From a virus (Duplodnaviria; Heunggongvirae; Uroviricota; Caudoviricetes): DNA of 8,206 bases. Every line of letters starts with the position of its first letter. Within the stretch, counting starts at the first letter, position 1. The stretch is from IMG/VR virus record IMGVR_UViG_2671180490_000005; one strand, given 5' to 3'. This document shows positions 1 through 8,206 of the stretch, piece after piece. The notes under the pieces are model-generated. The model worked only from the letters and a program-made list of their open reading frames with translations, was not told the DNA's origin and searched no databases. A program made the position numbers and the translations under genes.

Positions 1-32
1 CGGGCGGTTTTGTCGTTTATGGAGCGTGAGGA

Positions 33-5626
<5,594 letters not shown>

Positions 5627-5633
5627 NNNNNNN
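5627..5633. other. Run of 7 ambiguous bases (N-gap), probably a scaffold or assembly junction.
   Basis: The seven n characters are seen directly. The J reading frame upstream (frame of 33) and downstream (frame of 5635) differ, and the sequence on either side is not colinear in J (C-terminal end of J versus mid-J). Confidence 0.95.
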
Positions 5634-5634
5634 C

Positions 5635-7110
5635 AGCACAGCCAGGACGACGGAAACCACATACCGCTTCAGGCAGCTGGCGCTGGGGAATTACAGTCTG
5701 ACAGTCCGGGCGGTAAATGCCCGGGGGCAGCAGGGCGATCCGGCGTCGGTATCGTTCCGGATTGCGGCACCGGCAGCGCCTGTCACTATTGAACTGATAC
5801 CGGGGTATTTTCAGATAACGGCGGTCCCGAAACTGGCTGTATATGACCCGACGGTGCAGTTTGAGTTCTGGTTTTCGGAAAAGCGGATTGCGGATATCAG
5901 GCAGGTTGAAACCACAGCACGCTATCTTGGCACGGCGCTGTACTGGATAGCCGCCAGTATCAATATCAGGCCGGGCCATGATTATTATTTTTACGTTCGC
6001 AGTGTGAACACCGTTGGCAAATCGGCATTCGTGGAGGCCATCGGTCGGGCGAGCGATGATGCAGAAGGTTATCTGAATTTTTATAAAGGGTTGATCAATA
6101 AAACGCATCTCGGCAAGGAGTTGTGGACGCAGATTGATAACGGTCAGCTTGCGCCGGACCTGACTGAAATCAGGACGTCCATTACGAATGTCAGCAATGA
6201 AATCACGCAAACCGTCAATAAAAAACTGGAAAATCAGAGTGCTGCAATCCAGCAGATACAGAAAGTTCAGGTTGATACAAATAATAACCTGAACAGCATG
6301 TGGGCTGTGAAGCTGCAACAGATGAAGGACGGACGCCTTTATATTGCGGGTATCGGTGCCGGTATTGAGAATACGCCAGCAGGAATGCAGAGTCAGGTGC
6401 TGCTGGCGGCAGACAGGATTGCGATGATTAATCCTGCGAATGGCAACACAAAGCCGATGTTTGTTGGTCAGGGCGATCAGATATTCATGAACGACGTGTT
6501 CCTGAAATGCCTGACGGCTCCGACCATTACCAGCGGCGGTAATCCTCCGGCATTTTCCCTGACACCTGGCGGACGGCTGACGGCGAAAAATGCCGATATC
6601 AGCGGTAACGTGAACGCGAACTCCGGGACGCTCAACAACGTCACGATTAATAAGAACTGTCGGGTTCTGGGAAAATTGTCCGCGAACCAGATTGAAGGCG
6701 ATCTCGTTAAAACAGTGGGCAAACCTTTCCCACGGGACTCCCGGGCACCGGAGAGGTGGCCATCAGGGACCATTACCGTCAGGGTTTATGACGATCAGCC
6801 GTTTGATCGGCAAATTGTTATTCCCGCGGTGGCGTTTCGCGGTGCTAAACATGAGCGGAAGAATAACAATATTTATTCGTCATGCCGCCTGATAGTGAAG
6901 AAAAACGGTGCTGAAATTTATAACCGAACGACCCTGGATAATACGCTGATATATACGGGTGTTATTGATATGCCTGCCGGTCACGGTCACATGACGCTGG
7001 AGTTTTCTGTATCGGCATGGCTGGTAAATGGCTGGTATCCCACAGCAAGTATCAGCGATTTGCTGGTTGTGGTGATGAAGAAAGCCACTGCAGGCATCAC
7101 GATTAGCTGA
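5635..7110 (+). CDS. J: Host-specificity protein J, allele B: a 5'-truncated 3' portion (about 491 codons) with a divergent receptor-binding C-terminal region. This is the copy physically linked to lom.
   Basis: The frame is open from 5635 ([60 protein letters not shown]...) to TGA at 7108-7110, and contains the listed ORF 5854-7110. It is colinear with lambda J from about residue 670 to the end. The region 5635 to about 6100 is a diverged copy of 2790-3250 and 4250-4710; from about 6100 to 7110 it diverges strongly from allele A apart from conserved islands such as [19 protein letters not shown] and [23 protein letters not shown]. Confidence 0.85.
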   Translation, partial: STARTTETTYRFRQLALGNYSLTVRAVNARGQQGDPASVSFRIAAPAAPVTIELIPGYFQITAVPKLAVYDPTVQFEFWFSEKRIADIRQVETTARYLGTALYWIAASINIRPGHDYYFYVRSVNTVGKSAFVEAIGRASDDAEGYLNFYKGLINKTHLGKELWTQIDNGQLAPDLTEIRTSITNVSNEITQTVNKKLENQSAAIQQIQKVQVDTNNNLNSMWAVKLQQMKDGRLYIAGIGAGIENTPAGMQSQVLLAADRIAMINPANGNTKPMFVGQGDQIFMNDVFLKCLTAPTITSGGNPPAFSLTPGGRLTAKNADISGNVNANSGTLNNVTINKNCRVLGKLSANQIEGDLVKTVGKPFPRDSRAPERWPSGTITVRVYDDQPFDRQIVIPAVAFRGAKHERKNNNIYSSCRLIVKKNGAEIYNRTTLDNTLIYTGVIDMPAGHGHMTLEFSVSAWLVNGWYPTASISDLLVVVMKKATAGITIS

Positions 7111-7129
7111 ATTTTATAACCCAGATACG

Positions 7130-7153
7130 GGCACCAGAAATGGTGCCTTTTTT
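7130..7153 (+). terminator. Predicted intrinsic (rho-independent) terminator immediately downstream of J.
   Basis: Stem ggcacca (7130-7136), loop gaaa, stem tggtgcc (7141-7147), followed by tttttt (7148-7153). It lies 20 nt after the J stop codon. Confidence 0.6.
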
Positions 7154-7177
7154 ATTGCAGAAAAGCGAGAGGTAATT

Positions 7178-7777
7178 ATGCGTAAAGTTTGTGCAGCCAT
7201 TTTGTCCGCAGCCATTTGTCTGGCCGTATCCGGTGCGCCTGCATGGGCGTCTGAACATCAGTCCACGCTGAGCGCCGGGTATCTTCAGACCCATACTGAT
7301 ATGCCAGGCAGCGATGACCTGAAGGGCATTAACGTGAAATACCGTTATGAGTTTACGGACACGCTGGGGCTGATTACGTCATTCAGTTATGCCAACGCTG
7401 AAGATGAGCAAAAAACGCATTACAGCGATACCCGCTGGCATGAGGATTCCGTGCGTAACCGCTGGTTCAGCGTGATGGCGGGGCCGTCTGTGCGCGTGAA
7501 TGAATGGTTCAGCGCGTATGCGATGGCGGGTGTGGCTTACAGCCGTGTGTCGACTTTCTCCGGGGATTATCTTCGCGTAACTGACAACAAGGGGAAAACG
7601 CACGATGTGCTGACCGGAAGTGATGGCGGTCGCCACAGCAACACGTCTCTGGCGTGGGGAGCTGGCGTGCAGTTTAACCCGACCGAATCCGTGGCCATTG
7701 ACCTTGCTTATGAAGGTTCCGGCAGTGGTGACTGGCGCACTGACGGTTTCATCGTGGGTGTCGGTTATAAGTTCTGA
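7178..7777 (+). CDS. lom: Lom-like outer-membrane beta-barrel protein (Ail/Lom/PagC family), 199 aa.
   Basis: ATG at 7178 is preceded by GAGAGG (7167-7172). The N-terminus MRKVCAAILSAAICLAVSGAPAWA|SEHQ looks like a signal peptide with an AxA cleavage site. The C-terminus ...IDLAYEGSGSGDWRTDGFIVGVGYKF closely matches lambda Lom, including the terminal aromatic residue typical of outer-membrane proteins. The internal motifs LKGINVKYRYE and SAYAMAGVA are also shared with lambda Lom. The position directly after J is the canonical lom location. Confidence 0.9.
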   Translation: MRKVCAAILSAAICLAVSGAPAWASEHQSTLSAGYLQTHTDMPGSDDLKGINVKYRYEFTDTLGLITSFSYANAEDEQKTHYSDTRWHEDSVRNRWFSVMAGPSVRVNEWFSAYAMAGVAYSRVSTFSGDYLRVTDNKGKTHDVLTGSDGGRHSNTSLAWGAGVQFNPTESVAIDLAYEGSGSGDWRTDGFIVGVGYKF

Positions 7778-7804
7778 TTAGCCAGGTAACACAGTGTTAT
7801 GACA

Positions 7805-7830
7805 GCCCGCCGGTTCAGGCGGGCTTTTTT
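7805..7830 (+). terminator. Predicted intrinsic terminator downstream of lom.
   Basis: GC-rich stem gcccgcc (7805-7811), loop ggttca, stem ggcgggc (7818-7824), followed by tttttt (7825-7830). It lies 28 nt after the lom stop codon. Confidence 0.8.
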
Positions 7831-7841
7831 GTGGGGTGAAT

Positions 7842-8168
7842 ATGGCAGTAAAGATTTCAGGTGTACTGAAAGATGGGGCGGGTAAACCTGTCGTAAATTG
7901 TGCGATTGAACTGCGGGCCAGAAGAACCAGTCCGACCGTTGTGGCACACGTTGTTGCCACTTGCGTGACGGACAATAACGGTGCTTATGTGATTGAGGCT
8001 GAGCCGGGGTATTACGAGGTTGCGCTTCACTGTAACGGCTGGCAGCCAACCCGTGTCGGGGATATTGATGTGGCACCGACTGATGCACCGGGGACACTGA
8101 ACGCGTTTCTGAATGCACCAAAGGATGGTGATTTACGTCCGGAGGTGATGAAGTGTCAGCGCCAGTGA
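7842..8168 (+). CDS. stf: Side-tail-fibre N-terminal module (Stf-like), 108 aa. It ends abruptly, so it is either truncated or a stand-alone N-terminal domain.
   Basis: ATG at 7842 with a GGGGTG Shine-Dalgarno-like sequence upstream. MAVKISGVLKDGAGKPVVNC...PGTLNAFL...RPEV matches the lambda Stf N-terminus (MAVKISGVLKDGTGKPVQNC...PGTLNDFL...RPEV). The ORF stops at TGA 8166-8168, and all three forward frames hit stop codons within about 20 nt, so a simple frameshift cannot extend it. Confidence 0.7.
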   Translation: MAVKISGVLKDGAGKPVVNCAIELRARRTSPTVVAHVVATCVTDNNGAYVIEAEPGYYEVALHCNGWQPTRVGDIDVAPTDAPGTLNAFLNAPKDGDLRPEVMKCQRQ

Positions 8169-8206
8169 TATAAGACGGTAATTCGCCATTTGGATTGTCC
8201 GCTCCA

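Noticed and set aside
1-32. A possible 3' end of the upstream tail gene I (the frame ending at TGA 27-29 reads GGFVVYGA*).
   Set aside because: It is only 9 codons long, and as I recall lambda has a non-coding spacer between I and J. There is too little sequence to support a call.
7111-7177. A possible sigma70 promoter for lom in the J-lom spacer (for example a tataac-like hexamer near 7115-7120).
   Set aside because: I could not find a convincing -35/-10 pair with proper spacing by eye. A promoter is plausible but not supported from sequence alone.
7103-7636. Minus-strand ORFs 7103-7294 and 7379-7636 overlapping lom.
   Set aside because: They are antisense to lom, which has a signal peptide, a conserved OMP C-terminus and a ribosome-binding site, so the + strand gene explains the region.
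7836-7841. An alternative GTG start for stf at 7836 (MNMAVK...), as in the ORF track.
   Set aside because: The ATG at 7842 gives the canonical Stf N-terminus MAVKISG and better spacing from the GGGGTG Shine-Dalgarno-like sequence. The GTG start would overlap that sequence.
7765-8121. Minus-strand ORFs 7765-8121 and 7778-7975 overlapping the lom terminator and the stf-like ORF.
   Set aside because: They are antisense to a + strand ORF with clear Stf N-terminal homology, and the 118-aa ORF would run through the lom terminator hairpin. They are likely spurious.

Overview
This window is the distal tail region of a lambda-like (lambdoid siphovirus) prophage, almost certainly from an enterobacterial host such as E. 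coli or Shigella. Gene order is J (host-specificity / tail-tip protein), then lom (Ail/Lom-family outer-membrane protein), then the N-terminal module of a side tail fibre (stf-like), all on the + strand. The J region is structurally abnormal: it contains nested near-identical duplications whose junctions fall exactly on ambiguous 'n' bases, and a 7-N run at 5627-5633 that joins the 3' end of one J allele to the middle of a second, divergent J allele in a different frame. I read this as most likely a mis-joined or collapsed assembly of several paralogous prophage J genes, with a genuine duplication as the less likely alternative. The 1919-aa ORF in the supplied track should not be taken as a real protein. 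I see no CRISPR array, tRNA, rRNA, integrase, or recognisable defence or toxin system, and I found no evidence of a novel system. The points of interest are the J repeat architecture, two different J receptor-binding C-termini side by side, a divergent terminator-insulated lom, and an abruptly ending stf-like ORF. All calls come from reading the sequence and recalling lambda J, Lom and Stf from memory; no searches were run.
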